This document shows, piece by piece, positions 20,389 through 31,673 of a DNA stretch of 32,000 nt; within the stretch, counting starts at the first letter, position 1, and each line of letters starts with the position of its first letter. The notes below the pieces were generated by a model. It ran no database searches. It saw nothing but the letters and a program-made list of their open reading frames with translations, and was not told the DNA's origin. This DNA comes from Desulfocapsa sulfexigens DSM 10523 (lineage in GTDB: Bacteria; Desulfobacterota; Desulfobulbia; Desulfobulbales; Desulfocapsaceae): positions 360,001 to 392,000 of the forward strand of contig NC_020304.1 in NCBI RefSeq assembly GCF_000341395.1. Reading direction: 5' to 3'. Both the position numbers and the translations under genes were made by a program.

Positions 20389-20442
20389 GCAGCCCACGAG
20401 TGACCTGAGTAATGCTGGTTGATAGGTCTATCTTACCCCACA

Positions 20443-20480
20443 CCGGTTCAACGGAGGCAGCACGCCATCCGCTGAACCGG
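20443..20480 (-). terminator. Strong hairpin at the end of katG, possible terminator without U-tract
   Basis: - strand CCGGTTCAGCGGA-T-GGC-GTGCT-GCC-TCCGTTGAACCGG: 13-bp outer stem (one G-U) plus 3 bp after a bulge; + strand has an A-C mismatch instead. Confidence 0.45.
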
Positions 20481-20520
20481 CTAGTAATGATCATTGACCT
20501 CAAAGACGCCTATGCTGCAA

Positions 20521-22743
<2,223 letters not shown>

Positions 22744-22807
22744 TTAGGAGGGAACAACACTGACCACAGCGCTGTTCCCTTTCAGCTGTGCAGTCTCAGT
22801 ACATTCT

Positions 22808-23308
22808 CTATTGAATTTGTACGAAAACAGTTTTTTTTGCTCTACATACCGGGCAGTTCTCGGGAGGCTGACCAAACTCTATATAGCCACAGACTGGACA
22901 GAGATAAAAATTGACCTCATCAAGATCCTTGCCACTCTTTACTGCCTCAAGTGCCTTTTGGTAGAGCTCGGCATGAACGGCTTCTGCCTTTACTGCAAAA
23001 TTGAACATGCGTTTAGCTTTATGTCCCTCTTTCTCTGCCTGCTCAAGCATTGGTGGATACATATCAGTAAATTCATGTGTTTCACCACTTATCGCATCGT
23101 TAAGATTTTCAGCAGTTGATCCAACCTTTTCCAAGGCCTTCAAGTGGCCTTCTGCATGAATCCGTTCTGCTTCTGCTGTGGTTCTAAACAGCTTTGCAAT
23201 ATTAGCAAACCCTTCTTTTTCGGCCTTCGCGGCAAAAGCTCTGTATTTCATATTTGCCTGGCTTTCGCCGGCAAAGGCTTCCATAAGGTTTTCAGTTGTC
23301 GATCCCAT
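22808..23308 (-). CDS. Rubrerythrin
   Basis: MEAFAGESQANMKYRAFAAKAEKEG..., AEAERIHAEGHLKAL, EAVHAELYQKAL, C-terminal rubredoxin-like CPVCGYIEFGQPPENCPVC. Confidence 0.94.
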   Translation of the reverse strand: MGSTTENLMEAFAGESQANMKYRAFAAKAEKEGFANIAKLFRTTAEAERIHAEGHLKALEKVGSTAENLNDAISGETHEFTDMYPPMLEQAEKEGHKAKRMFNFAVKAEAVHAELYQKALEAVKSGKDLDEVNFYLCPVCGYIEFGQPPENCPVCRAKKTVFVQIQ

Positions 23309-23365
23309 TATCCCACCTCGTTTAATTTAAAAAAGATTAATCATTTTTTTATGATAGTTGTGTTG

Positions 23366-23941
23366 TTACCAGTTTTCACCAAGTAGCTCAAAATGAGCCT
23401 GGCCGTGATCACAGGCCGGACATTTCTCAGGGGCCTCGTTCCCCCTGTGCAGGTAGCCGCAGTTGCGACAGCGCCAGGTAACATCCTCGTCCCGCAGAAA
23501 GACCTTGCCAGCTTTGATGTTTTCCATCAGGTCGCGGTAACGCTTTTCGTGTTGCTTCTCCGCCACGGCAATGGCCTCAAAAATAACCGCAATCTCTGCA
23601 AAACCTTCTTCCCTCGCAGTGGCTGCAAAGCCCGGGTACATAACGGTGTGCTCATAGTTCTCACCGCCAGCCGCCTCTGCAAGATTCTCCATGGTGCTCC
23701 CGATAACCCCGGCCGGAAAAGAACCTGATATTTCCACCTCTCCCCCTTCCAGAAGTTTGAACAGGCGCTTGGCATGTTCTTTTTCCTGGTCAGCGGTCTC
23801 CTCAAAAATATGGGAGATCTGGACGTAGCCTTCCTTCTTGGCCTTGGAGGCGAAGTAGGTATAGCGGTTACGTGCCTGAGATTCACCACAGAAGGCGGTG
23901 AGAATGTTCTTTTCAGTCTGGCTGTTCTTCAATAAACCCAT
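23366..23941 (-). CDS. Rubrerythrin (classical type)
   Basis: [55 protein letters not shown]-terminal [20 protein letters not shown]; strong SD AGGAGG. Confidence 0.95.
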   Translation of the reverse strand: MGLLKNSQTEKNILTAFCGESQARNRYTYFASKAKKEGYVQISHIFEETADQEKEHAKRLFKLLEGGEVEISGSFPAGVIGSTMENLAEAAGGENYEHTVMYPGFAATAREEGFAEIAVIFEAIAVAEKQHEKRYRDLMENIKAGKVFLRDEDVTWRCRNCGYLHRGNEAPEKCPACDHGQAHFELLGENW

Positions 23942-24069
23942 CTGTTTTCCTCCTTTTGTTGTCTGCGTTTCTTAATCTTGCGATAAATTCACACCCAAAG
24001 AAGTGCAGTGTTGGTTTTGAGCAACAACATTTATTCAGTCAATTCGCCCCAATATCTATAGACACCTAA

Positions 24070-24086
24070 GTAAGAACAGTTCTTAC
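24070..24086. promoter_or_regulatory. Candidate PerR/Fur-family operator (upstream of rubrerythrin 23366-23941)
   Basis: Perfect palindrome GTAAGAAC-A-GTTCTTAC (7-1-7 core TAAGAAC-A-GTTCTTA) between perR and the first rubrerythrin. Confidence 0.6.
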
Positions 24087-24104
24087 GGGAGGCGCAAAAA
24101 AAAA

Positions 24105-24557
24105 TTACTCCTTATTTTGCTCAAGACAGGTGTTGCAGAGCCCGTGCAGTTCCAGATGACGAGATCGTACCTTTCCAATACCAACAACCGTCTCAGGCAG
24201 GGTGGCCTTGTCAAAATCCGGCCAGTATATATCCTCGACCTTCCGACAACGATCACAGACAAAGTGGTGATGCTGTGTCAGATTGACGTCAAAAAGATTA
24301 CGCTTATTGGCAAGATGCAATTTTCTGGTAATACCTAATTCGTCGAAAGTGGCCAATGTACGATAGACGGTGTCCAGAGCTACAGTCGGTATCCTCTTCT
24401 GTAGACGAACATGTATATCCTCCGCTGAAGGGTGATCCGTAGCATTCATCAACTCCTTAAATATTTCAAGGCGTTGATGTGTGAGCTTAATACCGGCCTC
24501 TTCACAGATACTTCTGATCCGGTCAATACTCTTATTATTAAACCCCTGACGTTCCAT
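24105..24557 (-). CDS. perR: Fur-family regulator, PerR type
   Basis: LTHQRLEIFKELMNATDHPSAEDIH, TVALDTVYRTLATFDELG, FDVNLTQHHHFVCDRCRKVEDI, HGLCNTC. Spacing keeps the PerR-type Asp/His ligands, including Asp rather than Glu after CxxCxxxx. Confidence 0.87.
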   Translation of the reverse strand: MERQGFNNKSIDRIRSICEEAGIKLTHQRLEIFKELMNATDHPSAEDIHVRLQKRIPTVALDTVYRTLATFDELGITRKLHLANKRNLFDVNLTQHHHFVCDRCRKVEDIYWPDFDKATLPETVVGIGKVRSRHLELHGLCNTCLEQNKE

Positions 24558-24567
24558 TGAGCAGCCA

Positions 24568-24584
24568 TTAAGAATTGTTCTTAA
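24568..24584. promoter_or_regulatory. Candidate PerR/Fur-family operator (upstream of perR)
   Basis: TTAAGAAT-T-GTTCTTAA, the same 7-1-7 core as 24070-24086 (13/17 positions identical), 11 nt upstream of the perR ATG. Confidence 0.6.
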
Positions 24585-24756
24585 CTAAGATACTATATCG
24601 AGACATGAACCATGTCAAGAAATATTTAAAGAAAGTTTGAATGGTGAAAGACTCAACTACTGATACCAAAGAACTTTAAATGAACGGCAGACATGACAGG
24701 TGACAACTATGCATCAGTCACTATAAACACTGCCGACTTCCCAATTTCATTCAATA

Positions 24757-27078
24757 TCAAGACAACAATTTCTCAAGACATCTTTCCATATTAAATAACT
24801 GAAATGGCTTGCTCAGAAAACCATCAGGTTTGTTTCCTTTACCTTCATTAAATGGTAAATCATCTTCAGAATATCCACTGCTCAACAAAATCGGCAAGGT
24901 CGGGTTGATTCCTCTAATTATATTCATGGCTTCAATACCATCTGTTTTGGGCATTGAAATGTCGAGTACAATTGCACAAAAATCAATATCATTTTTACTG
25001 ATTTTTTCTACAGCCTCTTGACCATCCATGGCTGTATGAACAGTAAACCCCAACAGTTCAAGCATTTGCCTTCCAACATCAAGAACCATCTCTTCATCAT
25101 CGGCAATGAGTATATTTCCAGATAACTGTACCGCTTCACTCTGGCAATCATCCGAGGGTATCATTTTCTGAGTTGGGGAAACGGAAGGTAGCAGTACCCT
25201 GACAGTTGTTCCCTGCCCACGAACACTCTCAATCGTTATTGCTCCGTGGTGTGACTGCATAACGCCTACGGTCAATGCGAGGCCAAGTCCTCTTCCAACA
25301 AATCTGGTGGTGAAAAACGGTTCAAAGATTCGTGACAAATCACGTGGCTCAACCCCATGGCCCGTATCTTTTATTTGGCAATATGTATAAACACCATCTT
25401 TAATGCTGTCATTTTGAAACGCCACAGGGAACAGATCCGTCGTAAAAAAATCAGTTCCAAATGATATCTGAATCGTCCCTACGCCACCATCCAATGCTTC
25501 AATGCCATTGGTTAATATGCTCTCTATTACCTCTTTGATCTGCTGCTGATCCATGGAACAGTAGAGCCGTTTTTCAGAAGGAGTGAACCGTAGAGCAATC
25601 GAAGGATGTAAGAGTGTTTGTAATGTAGTAACACTTTCTCTGACAAGTATATCGAGAGGAATATCCTGGCGTTTAAGCGGTCGTTGTCCTACGTAACTCA
25701 GCATCATAGAACCAACCTGAGATGCCCCACTAGCTGCCTTTGCGGCACTTGATGCCATCTCATACTCACTGGAGCCTGCGGGTAAGGTAAGAGTCATAAG
25801 CTCCAGATTACCCTGTACTACCATCATGGCATTATTAAAACGATGAGCAATTGCTCCCGCCATGGTCTTAAGACTTTGAAGTTTCCTTAATTGTTCCTTT
25901 TGTAAACTTGCTTCTAACTTCTGGTCCTCTTGGTTTTTTCTCTCCGTAATATCAATGGCAACTGACAAGCGCACAAGTTTTCCGTTTGCCCAGGGAATCG
26001 CCTGATCGTGCACTTCATACCATCTATTAACTCTATAGTTGTAAAGTTCCCATATATAAGGATCTGTTGAATTCCCATCATCATCTATCAGTTTATCATT
26101 TGTGCAGAATTCACAGGGGCCAGTCTTGTTTTTATGGATTGATTGCCAACAAATTTGGCCTGTCAGATCCTTTCCCCAAACGTTTGTCATGTAATCGTTC
26201 GTGTAAAGTATCTCACCAGAGTTAATATCGGTAATATAAATTGCTGCATCGAGATTGTTAAAAACAGCTTCAAGCTGAAGTTTACTATATTTCAGTGCTG
26301 CGTCTACTTTCTTTCGGTCTGTAACATCCCTGACAATTGATAGGGTATAGGGTGTACCCTTCACCATAAAAGAGTGGTCGCTGATCTCTACCTCAAGGTG
26401 CCTGCCATCCTTACACATGAGGGTGATTTCGAATATACAATTTCCACCCTTCTTTTTCTTTTCTTCTACAATCCCAGGAATCACAGACAATTTCTCTGGT
26501 ACAACAAGATTATCGGGAGAAAAGCTTAGAAGTTCCTCACTGCTATAACCAAGCATCTCTGATGCTTTCTGGTTTATCTTGATAAATTTTGATGGCATCC
26601 CATCCGGGGAAGTGTGATAAACAAAAATAGCGTCATTTGCACTTTCAAAGAGCATCCGGTAGTTTTCTTCACTTACTCGCAACGCATCCTCTGCCTGCTT
26701 GCGCTCGGAAATATCCCGTATAAAAGCAACAAATTGGTTTTCTGTTGCTAGAAAGGTTGTGCTGATTTCTACTTGAAAGGTACTACCGTCTTTTCTCCTG
26801 TGCACAGTTTCAAAACGAGCTGATCCCGTTGTTTGTATTTTATTAATTGAATTCGCTGTCTCATGAGCAGTCTCAAGCGCCTCTATATCGGAGATACTCA
26901 TGTTGAGCAGTTCAGCCTTACTGTATCCACTCATACCGCAATAGGTTGAATTAACGTCCAATAGCTTCCCGCACGTACTCACAAGCCAAAAACCATCCAG
27001 TGTCGTCTGAATGATATTATCATAAAAATCGTTACCAGCTTTTTGGTTAAACTCTTTACAAGGAGGTCGGTTTTCCAT
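24757..27078 (-). CDS. Cytosolic hybrid PAS sensor histidine kinase with C-terminal receiver
   Basis: Several PAS/PAC modules (RRKDGSTFQVEISTTFLATENQFVAFIRDISERK etc.), H-box AGAIAHRFNNAMMVVQGNLEL, GRGLGLALTVG, receiver NILIADDEEMVL...VLDISMPKTDG. Confidence 0.92.
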   Translation of the reverse strand: MENRPPCKEFNQKAGNDFYDNIIQTTLDGFWLVSTCGKLLDVNSTYCGMSGYSKAELLNMSISDIEALETAHETANSINKIQTTGSARFETVHRRKDGSTFQVEISTTFLATENQFVAFIRDISERKQAEDALRVSEENYRMLFESANDAIFVYHTSPDGMPSKFIKINQKASEMLGYSSEELLSFSPDNLVVPEKLSVIPGIVEEKKKKGGNCIFEITLMCKDGRHLEVEISDHSFMVKGTPYTLSIVRDVTDRKKVDAALKYSKLQLEAVFNNLDAAIYITDINSGEILYTNDYMTNVWGKDLTGQICWQSIHKNKTGPCEFCTNDKLIDDDGNSTDPYIWELYNYRVNRWYEVHDQAIPWANGKLVRLSVAIDITERKNQEDQKLEASLQKEQLRKLQSLKTMAGAIAHRFNNAMMVVQGNLELMTLTLPAGSSEYEMASSAAKAASGASQVGSMMLSYVGQRPLKRQDIPLDILVRESVTTLQTLLHPSIALRFTPSEKRLYCSMDQQQIKEVIESILTNGIEALDGGVGTIQISFGTDFFTTDLFPVAFQNDSIKDGVYTYCQIKDTGHGVEPRDLSRIFEPFFTTRFVGRGLGLALTVGVMQSHHGAITIESVRGQGTTVRVLLPSVSPTQKMIPSDDCQSEAVQLSGNILIADDEEMVLDVGRQMLELLGFTVHTAMDGQEAVEKISKNDIDFCAIVLDISMPKTDGIEAMNIIRGINPTLPILLSSGYSEDDLPFNEGKGNKPDGFLSKPFQLFNMERCLEKLLS

Positions 27079-27480
27079 TTAGGGTTATTCCGTTTGCTTT
27101 ATCAAAGGCAATACAATCGTCCTCTGTGTTGATTCCTAATTCCTTATAAGACTAAGAACCGTTTTCTAAAACAATATCACAAAAGATGTTGAGTATGAAA
27201 TTGAAACGCAGATAGATGAGCAATAATGAGGAACGGGCAATAGAAAAAGAAATCCGCCGGAAACCTAATTTAGCCAAAAAACAGGATCTATTACGCATAC
27301 GCCCCGATTTCTTCCCCCCTCTCAAAAAAAAAAAAAACGATTTGGTAGTAATAAAAACATGCCTCAAAGAAAATCCATATAGGTAGAATACGTATTTTGC
27401 AGAACAATTTCGTCTTCAGGGAATAATCTGTGTATGATCGACACTTAGGTTGGCAAATAGAATAAGGCGGCAAAAAAAAA

Positions 27481-27507
27481 GCGAGACTACCTTTTTGGTA
27501 GCCTCGC
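27481..27507 (-). terminator. Rho-independent terminator of the amtB-glnK transcript
   Basis: Read on the - strand: GCGAGGCTACC-AAAAA-GGTAGTCTCGC followed immediately by TTTTTTTTT (11-bp stem incl. one G-U, 27 nt downstream of glnK stop). Confidence 0.93.
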
Positions 27508-27533
27508 TTAGTAATGGACAGTATGACTCTGAA

Positions 27534-27884
<351 letters not shown>

Positions 27885-27904
27885 TCATTAAACTATTTGG
27901 CTAA

Positions 27905-29260
27905 TTAATCTCTGGTGAATTCCGGATAGGCATCAAGACCGCACTCGGCAATATCAACACCTTCCATCTCTTCTTCTTCGCTGACCCGAACACCCATGAC
28001 TGCCTTAAGAACCAGCCACACAACAAGAGAAGTACCAAAGGTCCAGCCAAAGATGGTTCCAATACCGATAAGCTGTTTAATCAGCGAACCATCGGGATTG
28101 GTAAAGGCGACAGCGATAAGTCCCCAGGTACCAACTACGCCATGCACAGAGATTGCACCTACAGGATCATCGACTTTTGCCTTATCTATAAAGATAATAG
28201 CGGGAACAACCAGCAGGCCACCGATAACACCTACCATGGTGGCAATGCCTGGAGTAGGTGTTAATGGCTCAGCAGTTATAGCAACTAGTCCTGCCAGCGC
28301 ACCATTGAGAGCCATGGTAAGGTCAGCCTTACCAAACCAGAGACGGGAGAGCAGCAGGGCTGCAACAAGACCTCCAGCAGCAGCGGTATTGGTATTGACA
28401 AAGACCATGGACACGGCATTCGCCTCGACGATGTTACTGATCTTTAATTCGGATCCGCCATTAAACCCAAACCAGCCAAGCCAGAGGATAAAGGTTCCAA
28501 GGGTTGCAAGGGGAAGGTTACAGCCGGGAATAGCATTGATTTTGCCTCCTGAATATTTTCCCTTACGAGCACCAAGTACCAGTACACCAGCCAGGGCAGC
28601 AGATGCGCCACAGAGATGAACCAGACCGGAACCTGCGAAATCAAGAAAACCGAGGGCGTCAAGAAAACCTCCGCCCCATTTCCAGTAACCGCTGACAGGA
28701 TAGATAAATCCGGTCATGACAACTGCAAAGGCAAGGAATGTCCAGAGTTTCATCCGCTCTGCAACGGCACCGGAAACAATGGACATGGCCGTTGCCACAA
28801 AGACAACCTGAAAAAAGAAGTCTGACATATTGGAATAATATGTTTCCCCACCGCTCTTCAGGACTTCATCAACTCCGTTATCGGGGCCAAGAAAAAAGCT
28901 GAGTCCGGGAATAAAACTGTTAACAGCATCACCGTACATGATGTTGTACCCGACAATAAGATACATCAGGCAAGCGATGGCATAGAGAGCCACATTTTTG
29001 GTGAGAATCTCCACCGTGTTTTTTCCTCTGACCAGACCTGCTTCAAGCATGGCAAAGCCCGCGGCCATCCACATAACCAGAGCGCCGGACATGAGAAAAT
29101 AAAACGTGTCCACTGAATAGGCCAGCTGGATCAGATTATCGGCAACACTGGATGCAGCAGCTGCCTCTTCGGCAATGGCCGGCCCTGCCAAAGCAAGCCC
29201 GGAGAGAACTGCCACTCCTCCCCAGAACGTCTTTCGAGTCATTGTTACACTGTTCTTCAC
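27905..29260 (-). CDS. amtB: Ammonium transporter
   Basis: Signal peptide, MWMAAGFAMLEAGLVRGKNTVEILTKN, DFAGSGLVHLCGASAALAG, FILWLGWFGFNGGSEL, SVHGVVGTWGLIAV. Confidence 0.97.
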   Translation of the reverse strand: MKNSVTMTRKTFWGGVAVLSGLALAGPAIAEEAAAASSVADNLIQLAYSVDTFYFLMSGALVMWMAAGFAMLEAGLVRGKNTVEILTKNVALYAIACLMYLIVGYNIMYGDAVNSFIPGLSFFLGPDNGVDEVLKSGGETYYSNMSDFFFQVVFVATAMSIVSGAVAERMKLWTFLAFAVVMTGFIYPVSGYWKWGGGFLDALGFLDFAGSGLVHLCGASAALAGVLVLGARKGKYSGGKINAIPGCNLPLATLGTFILWLGWFGFNGGSELKISNIVEANAVSMVFVNTNTAAAGGLVAALLLSRLWFGKADLTMALNGALAGLVAITAEPLTPTPGIATMVGVIGGLLVVPAIIFIDKAKVDDPVGAISVHGVVGTWGLIAVAFTNPDGSLIKQLIGIGTIFGWTFGTSLVVWLVLKAVMGVRVSEEEEMEGVDIAECGLDAYPEFTRD

Positions 29261-29327
29261 TGTAGTTCCTCCTGTTTCATACGGGTTGTGCCAGATTGCA
29301 CCGATTATTGCTTATACTGGGTGTAAA

Positions 29328-29342
29328 GCAATGTCTGTGCCA
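29328..29342 (-). promoter_or_regulatory. Sigma-54 (-24/-12) promoter upstream of amtB-glnK
   Basis: Reverse complement is TGGCAC-AGACA-TTGC, an exact match to the TGGCAC-N5-TTGC consensus, about 68 nt upstream of the amtB start. Confidence 0.88.
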
Positions 29343-29719
29343 ATAACTGGAACTTTTCGATTTACGATGTGAACTCAGCCTGTCGGAGCATCACATACTG
29401 CGTCCCACATAAAAGGAACCTGAACAAATAACAAATATGTGCTATTTTTAAATAGCAAACTTACAAATTTGTCACATGTGCTTAAAGCAAGAAGCCACAC
29501 AATGCTTCCGTGATTCCTTTCAGCTTTTATCAATCTAGCGAATCCGCACAACTATCAGGAGTTATAGAAATCATTTTGCAGTACCAACAAAGCTGGCACG
29601 GAGCGTGTAATGAAACAGACAGACATTGTTTTAAACTGTTCATATTAATCCTTTGTGTAAAACTTCCATAGCACCCTTATTATCTGAAACTTCTGAACAG
29701 GGATACCAAAAACGCTATC

Positions 29720-30460
29720 GTGAAAAGTAAAATTCTTGTTTTACAGCATGTTGACTGGAGAAATCCTGGCCGCTTTTTGCTCAATCTTGCCAACAAACTT
29801 TCAGTTGAACTCCAAATAGTTAAGAGCTGGAAAGAACCGATTCCACAGGGCAATGACTTCGACGCATTAATACTTCTAGGCGGAGTCGTAAGTGGTTCTG
29901 AAAAAGAAAACAGGGCACTCTTTGAAAAAGAAACAGATTTTCTGACCAAATGGCTCCTTCTTGACAAACCCTGTCTTGGTTTTTGTCTTGGGCATCAGGC
30001 CATGCTCGAAGCATTTCAGGCAAAAACCACCCCTAATTTTGTTAACAGTATCGGATTCATTGACGGCCATCTCACCCACGATGGCCGACTCCACCCTCTT
30101 TTCAAAGGTTTTGATCCAACATTTTCTCTTTTCAAATGGCATACCCATGCCATCCAGACACCGGTGCCACCAAATTACATCCTGCTTGCCACTTCAAGCG
30201 ACTGCGTTGTTGAAGCATTCACCATTAAGGGCAGGCCACATATTATTGGATTGCAGTTCGACAATCATGCCGCACACCCCGATGATATTCGCCGCTGGTT
30301 ACAGAGCGACAAGGACTGGCTGAACAGTTTGTCCCTAGGCAAAACGTACGGTGACGAGCTCTTAAAAGACGCAGAACGCTCTCGTAAAAAAAATCAGCAA
30401 ATATTCACCAAACTAATCAGTAATTTTATATCACAGATCAAGGACACAAAGAGAAATTGA
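29720..30460 (+). CDS. Class-I glutamine amidotransferase-like protein (divergent catalytic triad)
   Basis: ALILLGGVVSG, nucleophile elbow LGFCLGHQAMLEAF, FKWHTHA; but the usual QFHPE is IIGLQFDNHAAH. Confidence 0.82.
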   Translation: MKSKILVLQHVDWRNPGRFLLNLANKLSVELQIVKSWKEPIPQGNDFDALILLGGVVSGSEKENRALFEKETDFLTKWLLLDKPCLGFCLGHQAMLEAFQAKTTPNFVNSIGFIDGHLTHDGRLHPLFKGFDPTFSLFKWHTHAIQTPVPPNYILLATSSDCVVEAFTIKGRPHIIGLQFDNHAAHPDDIRRWLQSDKDWLNSLSLGKTYGDELLKDAERSRKKNQQIFTKLISNFISQIKDTKRN

Positions 30461-30503
30461 GCAGTATTGACTGTGTATCCAAAAGCTAATCAAAATTATT
30501 ACG

Positions 30504-31637
30504 ATGAACAAAAGCAAGCGAAAGCCAACAAAGATAATCGACACAACACTGAGAGAAGGAGAACAAACCCCTGGCGTTTATTTTGATCTCAGCGTGAAGA
30601 AGCAGATAACCAGAGGACTTGCAGACATTGGTGTTGACGAGATCGAAATTGGCATTGCCAACAAAGCAAACACTGACCTCGGAGCACTTGCAGAATTCAT
30701 TCGTACCACATACCCACATCAGTCCTTTTCTCTGTGGGCCCGATGCATGGAAGCAGATATTGACCATGGAGCCTCTCTGCGCCCGAGCTGCCTTTCTTTA
30801 TCTATTCCGGCATCGGATCTTCATCTCAATAAAAAACTCGGCAAAGACAGGACATGGGCTCTAAAACAACTGAAACGCTCCATCCAACAGGCGCTATCAG
30901 CAGGAGTACCAAAAGTCGCGCTGGGTCTTGAAGATGCCAGCCGGGCGGATATTTCCTTCCTCAGGGAACTGGCACAGGCAGCAGAGGAAGCCGGAGCTTT
31001 CCGTCTGCGCCTCGCTGACACGGTGGGTATCTGCACCCCTAGCACTATTGTCCAACTGCTTGAGGTGATGAGTGGACTGAAGCTGGAGTTGGCTGTGCAC
31101 TGTCATAACGATTTCGGAATGGCTACGGCCAATACAATTACAGCCCTGGAGAATGGGGCCATCTGGGGAGATACCACCCTGCTGGGACTTGGTGAGCGAG
31201 CTGGAAACAGCCGTCTCGAAGAAGTTATTGCCTTTTTTGTTCTGCAAAAAAAAACAGGGCATTACAATCTTGCAGGCCTTTCCGAATTAAGCAGGATGGT
31301 GGCCAGGGAGAGCGGACAGGAGATACCACCATTTCGTCCTATTATTGGGAATGCTCTTTTCTTCTGCGAAACCGGTATTCATCTCCAGGGAATTTTCGCA
31401 GACCCAACCACCTATGAACCTTTTTCCCCTGAGACCATCGGTGCCTCGCGCACACTTCTCATCGGCCGCCAGGCAGGGCGACGCAGCATTCTTGCCACTC
31501 TCAGCAGGCTTGGTCTGACAGCGCCCGACGAACCCGAACTTGCTCGCCTTACTCAGCAAATACGTTCACTGGCCATCAGCCGGAGACGCCCCCTGGGAGA
31601 CCACGAAATTTTAGAGTTGCTGAATTCTCAAGCCTGA
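30504..31637 (+). CDS. nifV: Homocitrate synthase (NifV-like; DRE-TIM family)
   Basis: IIDTTLREGEQTPGVYFDLSVKKQITRGLADIGVDEIEIGIA, VHCHNDFGMATANTITALENGA, LGLGERAGNSRLEEV, ETGIHLQGIFADPTTYEPFSPETIG. Confidence 0.85.
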   Translation: MNKSKRKPTKIIDTTLREGEQTPGVYFDLSVKKQITRGLADIGVDEIEIGIANKANTDLGALAEFIRTTYPHQSFSLWARCMEADIDHGASLRPSCLSLSIPASDLHLNKKLGKDRTWALKQLKRSIQQALSAGVPKVALGLEDASRADISFLRELAQAAEEAGAFRLRLADTVGICTPSTIVQLLEVMSGLKLELAVHCHNDFGMATANTITALENGAIWGDTTLLGLGERAGNSRLEEVIAFFVLQKKTGHYNLAGLSELSRMVARESGQEIPPFRPIIGNALFFCETGIHLQGIFADPTTYEPFSPETIGASRTLLIGRQAGRRSILATLSRLGLTAPDEPELARLTQQIRSLAISRRRPLGDHEILELLNSQA

Positions 31638-31673
31638 GCCAGCTCTTCAGGACGGAGGCTTTTCCACTTTTTG

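Noticed and set aside
27152-27367. 71-aa ORF upstream of the hybrid kinase
   Set aside because: Low-complexity and Phe/Lys/Arg-rich from A/T homopolymers; no homology signal.
29587-29612. Possible second sigma54 or NtrC site (GTACCAACAAAGCTGGCACGGAGCGTGT)
   Set aside because: TGGCAC is followed by GTGT instead of TTGC at the -12 position, and the ACCA/TGG arms do not fit the NtrC consensus spacing.
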